Notes: generated by a model not told the origin, from the sequence alone. DNA of 40,188 nt from Acidimicrobiales bacterium (GCA_052032035.1 JBPEXC010000361.1:1-40188); one strand, 5' to 3'; shown: positions 24,648 to 34,424, numbered from the stretch's first letter. Translations and numbers: made by a program.

Positions 24648-25661
24648 TCAGTAGCCCAGCCGCTCGATCCGTTCGGGGTCGTGCTGCCAGTTGCGATCGA
24701 CGGTGACGAACAGCTCGAGGTAGACCCCGTCGGGCAGGTGGTGCCGAGCCCGGGTCCCGACCTCGCGCAGCACCGACCCCTTCTTGCCGATCACGATCCC
24801 CTTCTGGGAGTCGCGCTCGACGAGGATCTCGACACGGATGCGGGGCCACTGCCACTCGGTCACGCGGGTGGCCACCGAGTGGGGCACCTCGTCGCGGGTC
24901 ACCCGCAGGAGCTGCTCGCGGACGAGCTCGGCCACCCACATCGGCTCGGGCATGTCGGTGAGGTGATCCTCGGGGTACCAGTGCGGGCCCGGCGGCATCG
25001 CGTTCTCGAGATACTCGACGAGGGCGGGCACCCCCTTACCGGTCATCGCCGACACCGGGAAGTAGGCGGCGGCATCGAGGGCGGCGAGCTCGGTCAGCTG
25101 TTCGCCGATGCGGGCCGGGTCGAGGTTGTCGCACTTGTTGAGCACCACCACCGTCTTGGCCGGCTTGAGCCGTTCGGTGAGGAAGCGATCACCCTTGCCG
25201 TATCCGGCACGAGCGTCGATCACGAAACAGACCAGGTCGACCCCGCTGCTCGCCTCGGCCGCGGTCTCGTTCAACCGGTTGCCGAGCGCGGTCCGGGGCT
25301 TGCCCACGCCGGGGGTGTCGACGAACACGATCTGGGTGGTGTCGGTCGTGCGGATCCCCCGGATCTGGTTGCGGGTGGTCTGCGCCTTGTCCGAGGTGAT
25401 CGACACCTTCTTGCCGAGCATCTGGTTGAGCAGGGTCGACTTGCCGGTGTTGGGCCGTCCGAACAGGGCTACGAACCCGCTGCGGAAGTCGCCGTGGTCG
25501 ATCTCGGGGTCGACGGTGATCGGGCCGGGGGTCGCCCCCTCGCCGCCCTCGGCACCGATCTCGAGCGCAGGGTCGAGATCGAGGTCGTCGATGTCGAACG
25601 GCGCGGCCTCGTCGCCGACCTGGTGGGCCCCGTCGCCCTCGTGATCACTCGGCATGGACAT
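24648..25661 (-). CDS. era: GTPase Era with an about 60-aa acidic N-terminal extension
   Basis: G1 is GRPNTGKST, G3 is DTPG and G4 is NKCD. The C-terminal KH domain contains VERDSQKGIVIGKKG. Confidence 0.93.
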   Translation of the reverse strand: MSMPSDHEGDGAHQVGDEAAPFDIDDLDLDPALEIGAEGGEGATPGPITVDPEIDHGDFRSGFVALFGRPNTGKSTLLNQMLGKKVSITSDKAQTTRNQIRGIRTTDTTQIVFVDTPGVGKPRTALGNRLNETAAEASSGVDLVCFVIDARAGYGKGDRFLTERLKPAKTVVVLNKCDNLDPARIGEQLTELAALDAAAYFPVSAMTGKGVPALVEYLENAMPPGPHWYPEDHLTDMPEPMWVAELVREQLLRVTRDEVPHSVATRVTEWQWPRIRVEILVERDSQKGIVIGKKGSVLREVGTRARHHLPDGVYLELFVTVDRNWQHDPERIERLGY

Positions 25662-26928
25662 CGTCGGTCACCTCGTTCAGCTGTCGGCGCACCACGCGCA
25701 CCCGTGTGATTCGCCGCCCCTGCACCCGTTCGGCCTCGAGTTCGTAGCCGTCGACCTCGCACCGCTCGCCCTCGCCGGGCACCCGGCCGAAGCCGTCGAA
25801 CACCAGGCCGCCGACCGTGTCCCAGTCGCCCTCGGGCAGGTCCATGCCCGCCACGTGGTTGAGCTCGTCGATCGGCATCCGGGCGTCGACGCGCAGGCTG
25901 CCGTCGCGCTGGCGTTCCACCAGCGGCTCCTCGACGTCGTACTCGTCGACGATCTCACCGACGAGTTCCTCGATCAGGTCCTCGAGCGTGGCCAGGCCGG
26001 CGATGCCGCCGTACTCGTCGACCGCGATCGCCATGTGGAACTTCTCGGTCTGCATCTCCTTGAGGAGGTCCGACACCCGCTTGGTCTCGGGCACGAACCG
26101 CGCCGGACGCAGGTAGCCACCGATCGGTTCGTCGTGGGCGCCGTCGAGCTCGGCCCGGATCAGATCCTTCACGTAGACGAGGCCGATGATGTCGTCGATG
26201 TTGTCGCCCTCGGCGGGGAGTCGGGAGAAGCCGGCCTCCGACGCCACCTCGAGGGCGGCGGCCACCGTCACGTCCCGTTCGAGGGTGATCATGTCGGTGC
26301 GGGGCACCATCACCTCGCGCACGATCGTGCCGCCGAACTCGATCACCGACTCGATCAGGTCGCGTTCGTCCTGCTCGAGCACCGCGTCCTCGACGGCGGC
26401 GTCGGCCAGCGCGATCAGTTCCTCAGGGTGGGCGAAGGGTCCGGTCTGCAGGCCCTTGCCGGGGACCATGACGTTGGACAACCACACCAGGGCGGCGGCC
26501 AGCAGGCGGACCGGTGCGCTGCCGACGAGGGCGGCGACGGGGCGGGCCAGGGCGAGGGCGGTGCGATCGGCGTGGAGGATGCCCATCGTGCGGCCCCCGG
26601 CCTCGGCGACGACGAACACCAGGGCGATGTCGAGCGCCGTCGACAGCCACACCCAGCGGGCGCCGAACAGGTCGGCGGTGGCGGTGGCGACCAGGGTGGC
26701 GTGGGCCAGCTGGGCACCGACGATGACCATCCGCAGCGGGTTGAGGATCGCTTCGGGGTTCTCGAGCAGGGCCACCGCTCGATGCACCCGACGGTCGGTG
26801 CCGTCGTCGTCCAGGCTCTCGAGCCGCACCACGCTGGTGCGGCCGAGGGCGGCCTCGGCCGTGGTGAGGACCACGATGACCACCAGGAGGATCGCTGCCG
26901 CGACGAGCAGCCAGATCGACGGGTCCAT
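25645..26928 (-). CDS. hemolysin-family protein (DUF21/CNNM TM domain + CBS pair + CorC_HlyC)
   Basis: The ATG at 26928 (MDPSIWLLVAAAILL...) is 69 codons into the track ORF. CBS region is VREVMVPRTDM...IGLVYVKDL. The CorC_HlyC C-terminus has VDARMPIDEL. Confidence 0.88.
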   Translation of the reverse strand: MDPSIWLLVAAAILLVVIVVLTTAEAALGRTSVVRLESLDDDGTDRRVHRAVALLENPEAILNPLRMVIVGAQLAHATLVATATADLFGARWVWLSTALDIALVFVVAEAGGRTMGILHADRTALALARPVAALVGSAPVRLLAAALVWLSNVMVPGKGLQTGPFAHPEELIALADAAVEDAVLEQDERDLIESVIEFGGTIVREVMVPRTDMITLERDVTVAAALEVASEAGFSRLPAEGDNIDDIIGLVYVKDLIRAELDGAHDEPIGGYLRPARFVPETKRVSDLLKEMQTEKFHMAIAVDEYGGIAGLATLEDLIEELVGEIVDEYDVEEPLVERQRDGSLRVDARMPIDELNHVAGMDLPEGDWDTVGGLVFDGFGRVPGEGERCEVDGYELEAERVQGRRITRVRVVRRQLNEVTDDVHAE

Positions 26929-27440
26929 CAGGCCGTCTCCTCGGCAGCCACGGGATGGACGAACCCCGCAGCGGCGAGGTGGACCCGCTCCCGCGCCTGC
27001 ATGGCGAGCCGCTCGTCGTCCTCGGCGTGGTCGTGGCCGAGGATGTGGAGCACGCCGTGGGCGAGCAACAGGGTCAACTCGGCGTCGACCGAACCGGCGT
27101 GGGTCGGCGCCTGGTCGACGGCCACCGACCGACACAGCACGATGTCGCCGAGATGCGGCGGACCGAGCTGTGCCAGCGGGTCGAGAACCGGTGCCGGCTC
27201 GGCGAGCGGGGGCGCGTCGAGGGGGAACGACAACACGTCGGTCGGCCCCTCCTTGCCGAGGTGCTCGGCATTGAGCGCCGCGATGGCGTCACGGTCGACG
27301 AAGAAGACGTCCAGCGTTCCCTCGCTCACGCCCTCGCCCTCCAACACCGACGCGACGAGCGCCCGCCACCGGTCGGGGTCGGGTTCGTCGCCCACCTGGT
27401 CGTCCAGATGGATCTCGAGGTGCGTCTCGGCCGGGCTCAT
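26928..27440 (-). CDS. ybeY: rRNA maturation endoribonuclease YbeY
   Basis: The zinc motif HGVLHILGHDH is present. The start overlaps the phoH stop (ATGA) and the stop overlaps the next start (TGATG). Confidence 0.93.
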   Translation of the reverse strand: MSPAETHLEIHLDDQVGDEPDPDRWRALVASVLEGEGVSEGTLDVFFVDRDAIAALNAEHLGKEGPTDVLSFPLDAPPLAEPAPVLDPLAQLGPPHLGDIVLCRSVAVDQAPTHAGSVDAELTLLLAHGVLHILGHDHAEDDERLAMQARERVHLAAAGFVHPVAAEETA

Positions 27441-28471
27441 CGCCGGGGTCGGCGGTCACCGCGCGGAGCGTCGGCCTCGAACTTCTCGTAGGCGTCGACG
27501 ATGTCCTGCACGATGCGGTGACGCACGACGTCCGACGACGTGAGCCGCACGAACGCCACCCCGTTCACCCCCTCGAGGATTCGCTGGGTGCCCGCCAGAC
27601 CGGACCGGCCCCCGGCGACGTCGACCTGGGTCTCGTCGCCGGTGACGACGACCTTGGAGCCGAAGCCGACGCGGGTGAGGAACATCTTCATCTGCTCGGG
27701 CGTGGTGTTCTGCGCCTCGTCGAGGATGATGAAGCTGTCGTTGAGGGTCCGGCCCCGCATGAACGCCAGGGGCGCCACCTCGACGACGTTGCGTTCGAAC
27801 AGCTTGCCGAGACCCTCGGCGCCGACCATGTCCTGCATGGCGTCGTAGAGCGGCCGCAGGTAGGGGTCGACCTTCGACATCAGGTCGCCCGGCAGGTAGC
27901 CGAGCCGCTCACCGGCCTCGACCGCTGGGCGGGTGAGGATGATCCGCTCGACCTCCTTCGCCTGCAGCGCCCGCACGGCACACGCCACGGCGAGCCAGCT
28001 CTTGCCGGTGCCCGCAGGGCCGATGCCGAAGGTGATCATGTGGTCGCGCACCGCATCGAGGTAGCGCTTCTGCCCGCCGGTCTTGGGCCGCACGACCTTG
28101 CCCCGCGACGTCGTCAGGATCCGATCGGTCAGCACCTCGGAGGGCTTCTGGTCGCTGCCCACCATGTCGATCGCCCGGGTCACGACCTCGGGGGCCAGGG
28201 CCTGGCCTCGTTCGAGGACGACGATCAGCTCGTTGATCACCGACGCCGCCTCGGCGGCCTGGGGACCGTCGAGGGTGATCTCGGTGCCGCGGACGTGGAT
28301 CGACGCGTCGAACGACGCCTCCACCACACGGAGGTACTCGTCCCGATGGCCGAGCAGACCCATCATCAGGTCGTTGCGGTCCACGGTGATCTTCACGGGG
28401 CTGGTCGTCGCGATAGCGTCACAGGCTACCGCCTCGGCGACCTTCGGGTTCCTCGATTCGTCAACCGTCAC
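27437..28471 (-). CDS. phoH: PhoH-like ATPase
   Basis: Walker A is [33 protein letters not shown] is also present. GTG start chosen at 28471 (VTVDESRN...). The upstream Arg-rich 116 codons of the track ORF look artefactual, and the start is uncertain. Confidence 0.85.
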   Translation of the reverse strand: MTVDESRNPKVAEAVACDAIATTSPVKITVDRNDLMMGLLGHRDEYLRVVEASFDASIHVRGTEITLDGPQAAEAASVINELIVVLERGQALAPEVVTRAIDMVGSDQKPSEVLTDRILTTSRGKVVRPKTGGQKRYLDAVRDHMITFGIGPAGTGKSWLAVACAVRALQAKEVERIILTRPAVEAGERLGYLPGDLMSKVDPYLRPLYDAMQDMVGAEGLGKLFERNVVEVAPLAFMRGRTLNDSFIILDEAQNTTPEQMKMFLTRVGFGSKVVVTGDETQVDVAGGRSGLAGTQRILEGVNGVAFVRLTSSDVVRHRIVQDIVDAYEKFEADAPRGDRRPRR

Positions 28472-28506
28472 GGTCGACCGACCGCTCCCGTTCCCGTCGA
28501 GGTGTC

Positions 28507-29271
28507 GTGCCCACTCCACGCCGCTCCCCCGCCGACCTCGCCCGCGGCCCGGCCCCGTCGCCGAGCCGGCCCCTCGTGACCCTCGCTGCGGGCCCCGACC
28601 GCGTCGAGGTCCACAAGCGACGTCACGGCCCGGACGCCCCGGCCGCCACCGCCGCCGAAGCGGACTGGCTGCGACGCGCCGCCGGACCGGGCGTGGCCCG
28701 GGTGGTTCGGGTCGACGCCGCCGCCGGGCTCCTCGTCGTCGCCCACGCCGGACCCCGCTCCTTCGCGACCGTCGCCGGCGAAGCGGCCGCGGCCGGCGGG
28801 CGGGCGACGCCGGCGGCATCGGCTCGGCTGGCGGCGGGGGTCGCCCGCACCCTCGATCGCCTCCACCGACTCGGCCTCGCTCACGGCGGTGTGCGTCCCG
28901 ATCACGTCGTCGTCACCGGTGAGGTGGCGACGCTGATCTCCCCGCGTCCGCGACTCTCACCGCGTCCGCGACTCTCACCGCCTCCGCCCGGCGATGGGCA
29001 CCCCGCCGCAACGATCGCCGACGACCTGGCCGGCCTCGGCTCGCTCGTGGCCCACGCCGCGTGGTCCTGGCGCGTCACACCGTCGTGGCGTCACGTCGTC
29101 GACGAGTGGGAGCACCTCGCGACGCTGCTGGTCGACGGCCGGGTCACCGGCGCTCACCACGTCGCCCTCCGGCTCGACGCGCTGGCGCACGAACCGCGTG
29201 GGTTCGTGCGACGCATGTTGGCGGTGCGACCGACGGTGCGGCCGGGGTCGGTCAGCCGGGGACCTGGGTGA
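28507..29271 (+). CDS. hypothetical protein with a degenerate protein-kinase-like fold (catalytic residues replaced)
   Basis: High third-position GC. VEVHKRR (beta3 Lys-like), EADWLRR (alphaC-like), and LHRLGLAHGGVRPDHVVV aligning to the kinase catalytic loop H-R/G-D-x-K-P-x-N with D to G and N to H. No DFG motif. Contains an in-frame 18-nt duplication. Confidence 0.45.
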   Translation: MPTPRRSPADLARGPAPSPSRPLVTLAAGPDRVEVHKRRHGPDAPAATAAEADWLRRAAGPGVARVVRVDAAAGLLVVAHAGPRSFATVAGEAAAAGGRATPAASARLAAGVARTLDRLHRLGLAHGGVRPDHVVVTGEVATLISPRPRLSPRPRLSPPPPGDGHPAATIADDLAGLGSLVAHAAWSWRVTPSWRHVVDEWEHLATLLVDGRVTGAHHVALRLDALAHEPRGFVRRMLAVRPTVRPGSVSRGPG

Positions 29272-29776
29272 GCCCCAGGTCGGAGAGGCGGTCGACGGCG
29301 TGGTCGAAGTCGACGCCGAGGATGCAGGCGACGGCCCGCAGGTCGTCGCTGCGCACGGTGAGCACCCGACCGTTGAAGTCCTGCCGCTGCACCTGGATCA
29401 TCGTCAGGTAGCGGGTCAGCATCTCACCCTCGGGCCCGGGCACGGAGTCGAGCTCGGTGAGGTTGATCATCACGCCGGCCCGGCCGGTGCGATCGGTGAG
29501 GTCGACCAGTCCGGGGGTGACCCCGACATTGGTGGCCTTCGGCAACAGCTGGTCGACCGGCACGTTGTAGAACCGGGCGAGCCGCTCGAGCCGGGGCACC
29601 GAGATCGCCCGCTCGCCGCGCTCGTAGGCACCGAGGACCGACGCCTTGAACTCCTGGTTCGACGACGCCTCGACGTCCTGCAGTGACAGGCGCTTCTGAC
29701 GACGGATGGCGCGCAGACGCTCACCCACCAGTCGACCGTATTCGGAGCTCGCTTCGTCGAACTCGTCCTCGCTCAT
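29252..29776 (-). CDS. bldD: BldD-family transcriptional regulator (XRE HTH N-domain + c-di-GMP-binding C-domain)
   Basis: The ATG at 29776 (MSEDEF...) is preceded by AAGGGAGAG. The N-domain LRAIRRQKRLSLQDVE...VLGAYERGERAISVPRLERLARFYNVPVDQLLP closely resembles Streptomyces BldD as I recall it. The C-domain has RQD-FNGRVLTV-RSDD, which fits RxD-X8-RxxD. Confidence 0.78.
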   Translation of the reverse strand: MSEDEFDEASSEYGRLVGERLRAIRRQKRLSLQDVEASSNQEFKASVLGAYERGERAISVPRLERLARFYNVPVDQLLPKATNVGVTPGLVDLTDRTGRAGVMINLTELDSVPGPEGEMLTRYLTMIQVQRQDFNGRVLTVRSDDLRAVACILGVDFDHAVDRLSDLGLTQVPG

Positions 29777-29879
29777 GGCTCTCCCTTGCCGCCGGGTGCG
29801 GGATCCCGGGTCCCGCCCGACGGTAATCGTCACGCAGCGCGGCTTCAACCACCCTTGGTGAAGCCTTCCCGACGACGGG

Positions 29880-30554
29880 TCAGCCGGCCTGGGCCAGCAG
29901 GGCACCGGCGACGATCGCCGCGGTCTCCGCCCGCAGGATGCGTCCCGGGAGCCCGACGAGCGCAGGGCCGGCCGCCACCTCCTCGGGGGACCATCCGCCC
30001 TCGGGCCCGACGACGATCAGGTCGACGCCGTCGTCGGGTGCCGGGTTGCCGGGCTCGGCCAGGGCCAGACCGGCGGGCCACGCGGAGCGGAGCTGGTCGA
30101 GCGACATCGGTGCGCCCACCTCGGGCAGCCGGGCACGCCGGCACTGCATCGACGCCTCGCGCACGCTCACCTGCATCCGCTCGACCGCCTTGCGGGCCCG
30201 ACCGTCGTCCCAGCGCACGACCGATCGCTCGGCCACGACCAGCTGGATCACGTCGAGCCCCAGCTCGGTCAGCTTGGCGGCGACCCACTCGGGTTTCTGG
30301 GCCTTCACCGGGGCGAAGGCGACGCCGAACCGGCGCTCGCGGGCGGCCTCGTGCTCGACCGCGCCCTCGAGCTCCACCGAGTCGGCGGCCAGGCGGGCGC
30401 GCCGATGGCCGCCCACCCCGTCCGCGAGGGTCAGCGCGTCGCCCGGCTGCATCCGCAGCGAGCGACGCAGATGACGGTCGTCGGCCTCGCGCACGACCGG
30501 CGCGTCGAGGTCGTCGACGAAGACGAGTGGCAGCCGGCGGGACGGCCGGCTCAA
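29880..30554 (-). CDS. rsmE: 16S rRNA (uracil1498-N3)-methyltransferase RsmE
   Basis: GPEGGWSPEE and LPGRILRAETAA are SPOUT/RsmE C-terminal motifs. The position after dnaJ is conserved. Confidence 0.85.
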   Translation of the reverse strand: MSRPSRRLPLVFVDDLDAPVVREADDRHLRRSLRMQPGDALTLADGVGGHRRARLAADSVELEGAVEHEAARERRFGVAFAPVKAQKPEWVAAKLTELGLDVIQLVVAERSVVRWDDGRARKAVERMQVSVREASMQCRRARLPEVGAPMSLDQLRSAWPAGLALAEPGNPAPDDGVDLIVVGPEGGWSPEEVAAGPALVGLPGRILRAETAAIVAGALLAQAG

Positions 30555-30592
30555 CGGACTCGGCTCATGGCGACCGGCTCAGCAGCGCCGGC

Positions 30593-31717
30593 TCAGTTGA
30601 ACGCCGACTTGATCTTGGAGAAGAGCCCGCCCTCGCCGGGGGGCGCCACCTGCTCGCCCCGCTGCTCGGCGAGTTGGCGCAGCAGCGCCACATCGTCCTC
30701 ACTGAGCTCGGTCGGGGTGTCGACCACGAGGGCCAGCCGCAGGTCGCCGCGCCCACGGCCCCGGAGACGCGGGACCCCGGCGTCGCGGATCGTGAAGATG
30801 CGACCGGTCTGGGAACCGGCGGGCACCTCGACGTCGAGCTCGGCGTCGATGGCGCCGAAGGAGATCGTCGCACCGAGCGCGGCCTGGGTGACCGCCACGT
30901 GGAGCGGCGCGACGAGGTCGTCGCCATCGCGCTCGAACACCGGGTGCGGCTTCACCCGCACCTCGACGTAGAGATCGCCGGCGCCGCCACCGCGAGCGCC
31001 GACGGCGCCCCGACCGGTCAGGCGCAGCGTCGAGCCGTGGGCCACGCCGGCGGGGATGTCGACGGTGTAGGTGCGCTCCTCGACCTTGCGGCCCTCGCCC
31101 GCGCACGTCGGGCACGGCTTGGACACGGTGCGCCCCTCGCCGCCACAGCGGGGACAGGCGGCCGTGGTCACCATCTGGCCGAGGATCGACTGGCGGACCT
31201 GACGGACCTGGCCCGCACCGCCGCACTCGCCGCAGGTCTCGACCTTGGCGTCCGGGGCGGCTCCGGTCGCCTCGCAGTCGTCGCACGGCACCGCGGTGCG
31301 AACCGAGACGTCCTTGGCCGCGCCACGCACCGTGTCCTCGAGATCGAGTTCGGCGACCACCTCGAGGTCGACACCGCGCTTGGAGGCCGCACGGCCACCA
31401 CCCGCAGCCCCGCCGCTCATGTTGAAGAAGGCGTCGAAGAGATCGCCGAGGCCACCACCGGCGCCGAACGGGTCGCCGGCGAACCCGCCGCCACCGGGGC
31501 CGCCGGCCGACCCGAAGCGGTCGTAGTTCGAGCGCTTGGTGTCGTCCGACAGCACCTCGTAGGCCTCGGCGCACTGCTTGAACCTGGCCTCCGCTTCGGC
31601 GTCACCCGGGTTGGCGTCGGGGTGGTACTCCCGGGCCTTGCGTCGGTAGGCCTTCTTGATCTCGGCGGCGGTGGCGGTCCGCTCGACCTCGAGGATCTCG
31701 TAGTAGTCGATGCTCAT
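30593..31717 (-). CDS. dnaJ: molecular chaperone DnaJ
   Basis: J domain is [33 protein letters not shown]-rich linker follows, then four CxxCxGxG zinc-finger repeats. Confidence 0.95.
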   Translation of the reverse strand: MSIDYYEILEVERTATAAEIKKAYRRKAREYHPDANPGDAEAEARFKQCAEAYEVLSDDTKRSNYDRFGSAGGPGGGGFAGDPFGAGGGLGDLFDAFFNMSGGAAGGGRAASKRGVDLEVVAELDLEDTVRGAAKDVSVRTAVPCDDCEATGAAPDAKVETCGECGGAGQVRQVRQSILGQMVTTAACPRCGGEGRTVSKPCPTCAGEGRKVEERTYTVDIPAGVAHGSTLRLTGRGAVGARGGGAGDLYVEVRVKPHPVFERDGDDLVAPLHVAVTQAALGATISFGAIDAELDVEVPAGSQTGRIFTIRDAGVPRLRGRGRGDLRLALVVDTPTELSEDDVALLRQLAEQRGEQVAPPGEGGLFSKIKSAFN

Positions 31718-31745
31718 GGGAAGTTGGTTCTCGGAGGGGGTCGGG

Positions 31746-32759
31746 TCAGCCGTCGCTGAGGCGCTGGCCGAGATGGCGGCTGACGACGGCGACGGCCGCC
31801 ATCGCCTGGGGGTAGTTCATGCGGGTGGGACCGAGGACGGCGATCGAACCGGCGTCCTCGCCGTCGATGCGGTAGGGCGACACCACCATCGACACTTCTT
31901 CGAGCTTCTCCAACCCGGTCTCGGTGCCGATCGCCACGTTGAGTCCGCGATCGAGCACGTCGGTGATCACGTTGACCACCACGAGTTGCTGCTCGAGGAT
32001 CGTGAGCACCCGCTTGACCGAGTCGATCGCCTCGAAGCGGGACGCGACACGGGAGGTGCCGTCGACATAGACGCGGTCGGCTTCGCCGGTCGACGCGCCG
32101 AGCAGGTCGATCACCACGGCGACGAGCCCGTCGACCTCGGGATCGCCGGTCGGGCGGGCGGCGGCCGCGGCGGCGAGGGGGTGGCCCTCGAGGGCGGCCC
32201 GCACCACGGCGGTGACGCGCTCGATGATGTCGACGGGAACCTCGACGGCGAGGGTCATCGTGTGCTTCTCGACCGCGCCGTTGGAGAACACCACGACCGC
32301 CAACACGACCCGGTCGGCGAGGGGCACGAGCTGCACGGAACGCACCTCGGCCGCCTCGACCGAGTGGTCGATGACGACGGCGGGCTGGTCGGTCAGGTTC
32401 GACAGCAGGCCGGCCGTCTGCTGGAGCATCGTCTCGATCTCGCCCCGCACCTCGGTGAAGAAGTCGAGGACCAGCCGTGACTGGGGCGTGCCGAGCTGGA
32501 GCCGCTCCCCGGAGCCGGCGTTGCCGAGGGCGTCGACGAAGTAGCGGTAGCCCTTCTCGGTGGGCACCCGGCCGGCGCTCGTGTGGGGTTGCTGGAGGTA
32601 GCCGTCGGCCTCCAGGGCGGCCAGCTCGTTGCGGACCGTCGCGGAGGACACGCTGAGCTGGGCGGTCTTGGCCACCGAGCCCGACCCGACGGGCGAGGCC
32701 GTCTCGATGTACTCCTCGACGACGGCGGTGAGGATCGCAGCCTTGCGGTCGTCGAGCAC
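31746..32759 (-). CDS. hrcA: heat-inducible transcription repressor HrcA
   Basis: [28 protein letters not shown]...[42 protein letters not shown] at 32759 chosen because GGAGG lies 8 nt upstream. The track start is 32822. Confidence 0.9.
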   Translation of the reverse strand: MLDDRKAAILTAVVEEYIETASPVGSGSVAKTAQLSVSSATVRNELAALEADGYLQQPHTSAGRVPTEKGYRYFVDALGNAGSGERLQLGTPQSRLVLDFFTEVRGEIETMLQQTAGLLSNLTDQPAVVIDHSVEAAEVRSVQLVPLADRVVLAVVVFSNGAVEKHTMTLAVEVPVDIIERVTAVVRAALEGHPLAAAAAARPTGDPEVDGLVAVVIDLLGASTGEADRVYVDGTSRVASRFEAIDSVKRVLTILEQQLVVVNVITDVLDRGLNVAIGTETGLEKLEEVSMVVSPYRIDGEDAGSIAVLGPTRMNYPQAMAAVAVVSRHLGQRLSDG

Positions 32760-32841
32760 GATCGGCACCTCCGTTCGGTCGAGTGGGGCGCCGACCGGTT
32801 CGGCGCCACAGGGACGATCCACCCAGTCTAGAGCGTCGTGG

Positions 32842-34260
32842 TCATCCGCCTGAGGTGCGCGCCTTGAGTTCGTCGTAGCGGGCGAGGGCGTCGGCCCGTT
32901 CGGCGCCGTGATCGACGATCGGGGCCGGGTAGCCGGCCGGCGCCCCCGACGGGTCGGCCCAGGGCTCGTGGATCCGCTTGGCCCCGAGGTGGGCGAGCTC
33001 GGGCACCCACCGACGGAGGTAGTCGCCGTCGGGGTCGAACTTCTTCGACTGCGACACCGGGTTGAACACCCGGAAGAAGGGCGACGCGTCGGTGCCGGTG
33101 CCCGCCACCCACTGCCAGCCGTGCTGGTTGGAGGCGAGGTCGCCGTCGACGAGGTGCTCCATGAAGTGGGCGGCGCCGCGCCGCCAGTGGAGGTGCAGGT
33201 CCTTCACCAGGAACGAACCCACGATCATGCGGACCCGATTGTGCATCCAGCCCTCGGCGAGCAGCTGGCGCATCCCCGCGTCGACGATCGGGTAGCCGGT
33301 GCGACCCTCGGCCCAGGCCGCGAAGCGATCGTCGGCCGGCGGGCCGTCGTCCCAGCGCAGGTGGGCCATCTTCGGGACGAAGGCGTCGCGGGCCGAGTCG
33401 GGCCGGGCGAAGAGGACGTCCGCGTAGAACTCCCGCCAGGCGATCTCGCTGCGGAACACCTCCTCGGACGGGTCGGGGCCGAGCCGCTCGAGGATCTGGC
33501 GGGGATGGATCGCGCCCCACTTCAGCGCAGCCGACAGGCGCGACGTGCCCTCGACACCCGGCAGGTCACGGGCCGTGGCGTAGTCGTAGACGGGGCCGTC
33601 GAGGAACGCCTCGAGCTGCTCGAGGGCGGCCCGCTCCCCCGCCGGCGGCAGGTCGACATCGACCGTCGGGGCGTCGGGGAGGCCGTCGGACCTCGCCGCG
33701 GCGAGGTCGAGGTCCGGACGCTCGACGGGTTCGGCCCAGCCGTGGGCCTTCCACGCCTTGAAGAACGGCGTGAACACCTTGTAGGGCGTGCTGCCGCCCG
33801 TGAGGATCGTGCCGGGGGCGACGGCGTAGGGCGAGTCGCGGAAGTGGACGGTGAGGCCGCGTTCGGCGAGACGCTCGCCGACGGCGGTGTCGCGGGCCCG
33901 GCCGTAGGGGCCGAAGTCGTCGGTGGCCCAGATCGTCTCGGCCCCGGTCTCCTCGGCGACGGCGGCGAGGGAGTCGGCGGGATCGCCGGAGCGGACCACG
34001 AGCCCGCCGTCGAGGTCGGCGTCGAGGGCGGCGAGGGTGGCCCGCAGGTAGGCGAGGCGCACGTCACCGGACGGGCCACGGAGGCGATCGTCGTTGCAGA
34101 ACACCGGCACGACGGGACCGGCCTCGGCGGCCGCCGACAACGCCGGATGGTCGGACAGGCGGAGGTCGCGTCGGAACCAGACGATCGAGGTCACCGGGCC
34201 ATGGTGGTCCGACGGCGGCCCCGGCGTCGGATCGCGCGCCGCTACGACCGCCTCGGGCAT
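32842..34260 (-). CDS. phr: deoxyribodipyrimidine photolyase (cryptochrome/photolyase family)
   Basis: IVWFRRDLRLSDHPAL, WREFY, and HNRVRMIVGSFLVKDL...NQHGWQWVAGTG.DA.PFFRVFNP. I preferred the ATG at 34260 over the GTG at 34272, which lies inside a repeat element. Confidence 0.9.
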   Translation of the reverse strand: MPEAVVAARDPTPGPPSDHHGPVTSIVWFRRDLRLSDHPALSAAAEAGPVVPVFCNDDRLRGPSGDVRLAYLRATLAALDADLDGGLVVRSGDPADSLAAVAEETGAETIWATDDFGPYGRARDTAVGERLAERGLTVHFRDSPYAVAPGTILTGGSTPYKVFTPFFKAWKAHGWAEPVERPDLDLAAARSDGLPDAPTVDVDLPPAGERAALEQLEAFLDGPVYDYATARDLPGVEGTSRLSAALKWGAIHPRQILERLGPDPSEEVFRSEIAWREFYADVLFARPDSARDAFVPKMAHLRWDDGPPADDRFAAWAEGRTGYPIVDAGMRQLLAEGWMHNRVRMIVGSFLVKDLHLHWRRGAAHFMEHLVDGDLASNQHGWQWVAGTGTDASPFFRVFNPVSQSKKFDPDGDYLRRWVPELAHLGAKRIHEPWADPSGAPAGYPAPIVDHGAERADALARYDELKARTSGG

Positions 34261-34378
34261 TGGGTCAACCACACGGCCCCCAGCCCCCTCTCAGCCACCC
34301 AATCCCGCACACACCCCACCAGCTCAGGGATTGGGTCAACCACACGACCCCCAGCGCCCGGTCGCCGACCCAACGCCG
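34255..34378. repeat. pair of REP-like palindromic elements (copies C and D), 72-nt spacing
   Basis: Copy C (34255-34305) is GGGCATTGGGTCAACCACACGGCCCC...CCACCCAATCCCG. Copy D (34327-34378) is GGGATTGGGTCAACCACACGACCCC...CGACCCAACGCCG. Confidence 0.8.
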
Positions 34379-34424
34379 AGGGCGATGGGCACCGACACCG
34401 GGCCGCCTGGACACGGGCAGATCC

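Noticed and set aside
29777-29879. BldD-box autoregulatory site upstream of the bldD-like gene
   Set aside because: Only TCAC-N26-GTGA is present. Both the orientation and the spacing are wrong for the AGTGA-n-TCACC-type palindrome.
29786-31759. 657-aa plus-strand ORF
   Set aside because: It is antisense to rsmE and dnaJ, both of which are unambiguous, and its sequence is extremely Arg/Pro/Ala-rich.
31718-32841. CIRCE operator (TTAGCACTC-N9-GAGTGCTAA) upstream of hrcA or dnaJ
   Set aside because: Searched by eye on both strands and found no match. Only an unrelated GC-rich palindrome is present at 32787-32807.
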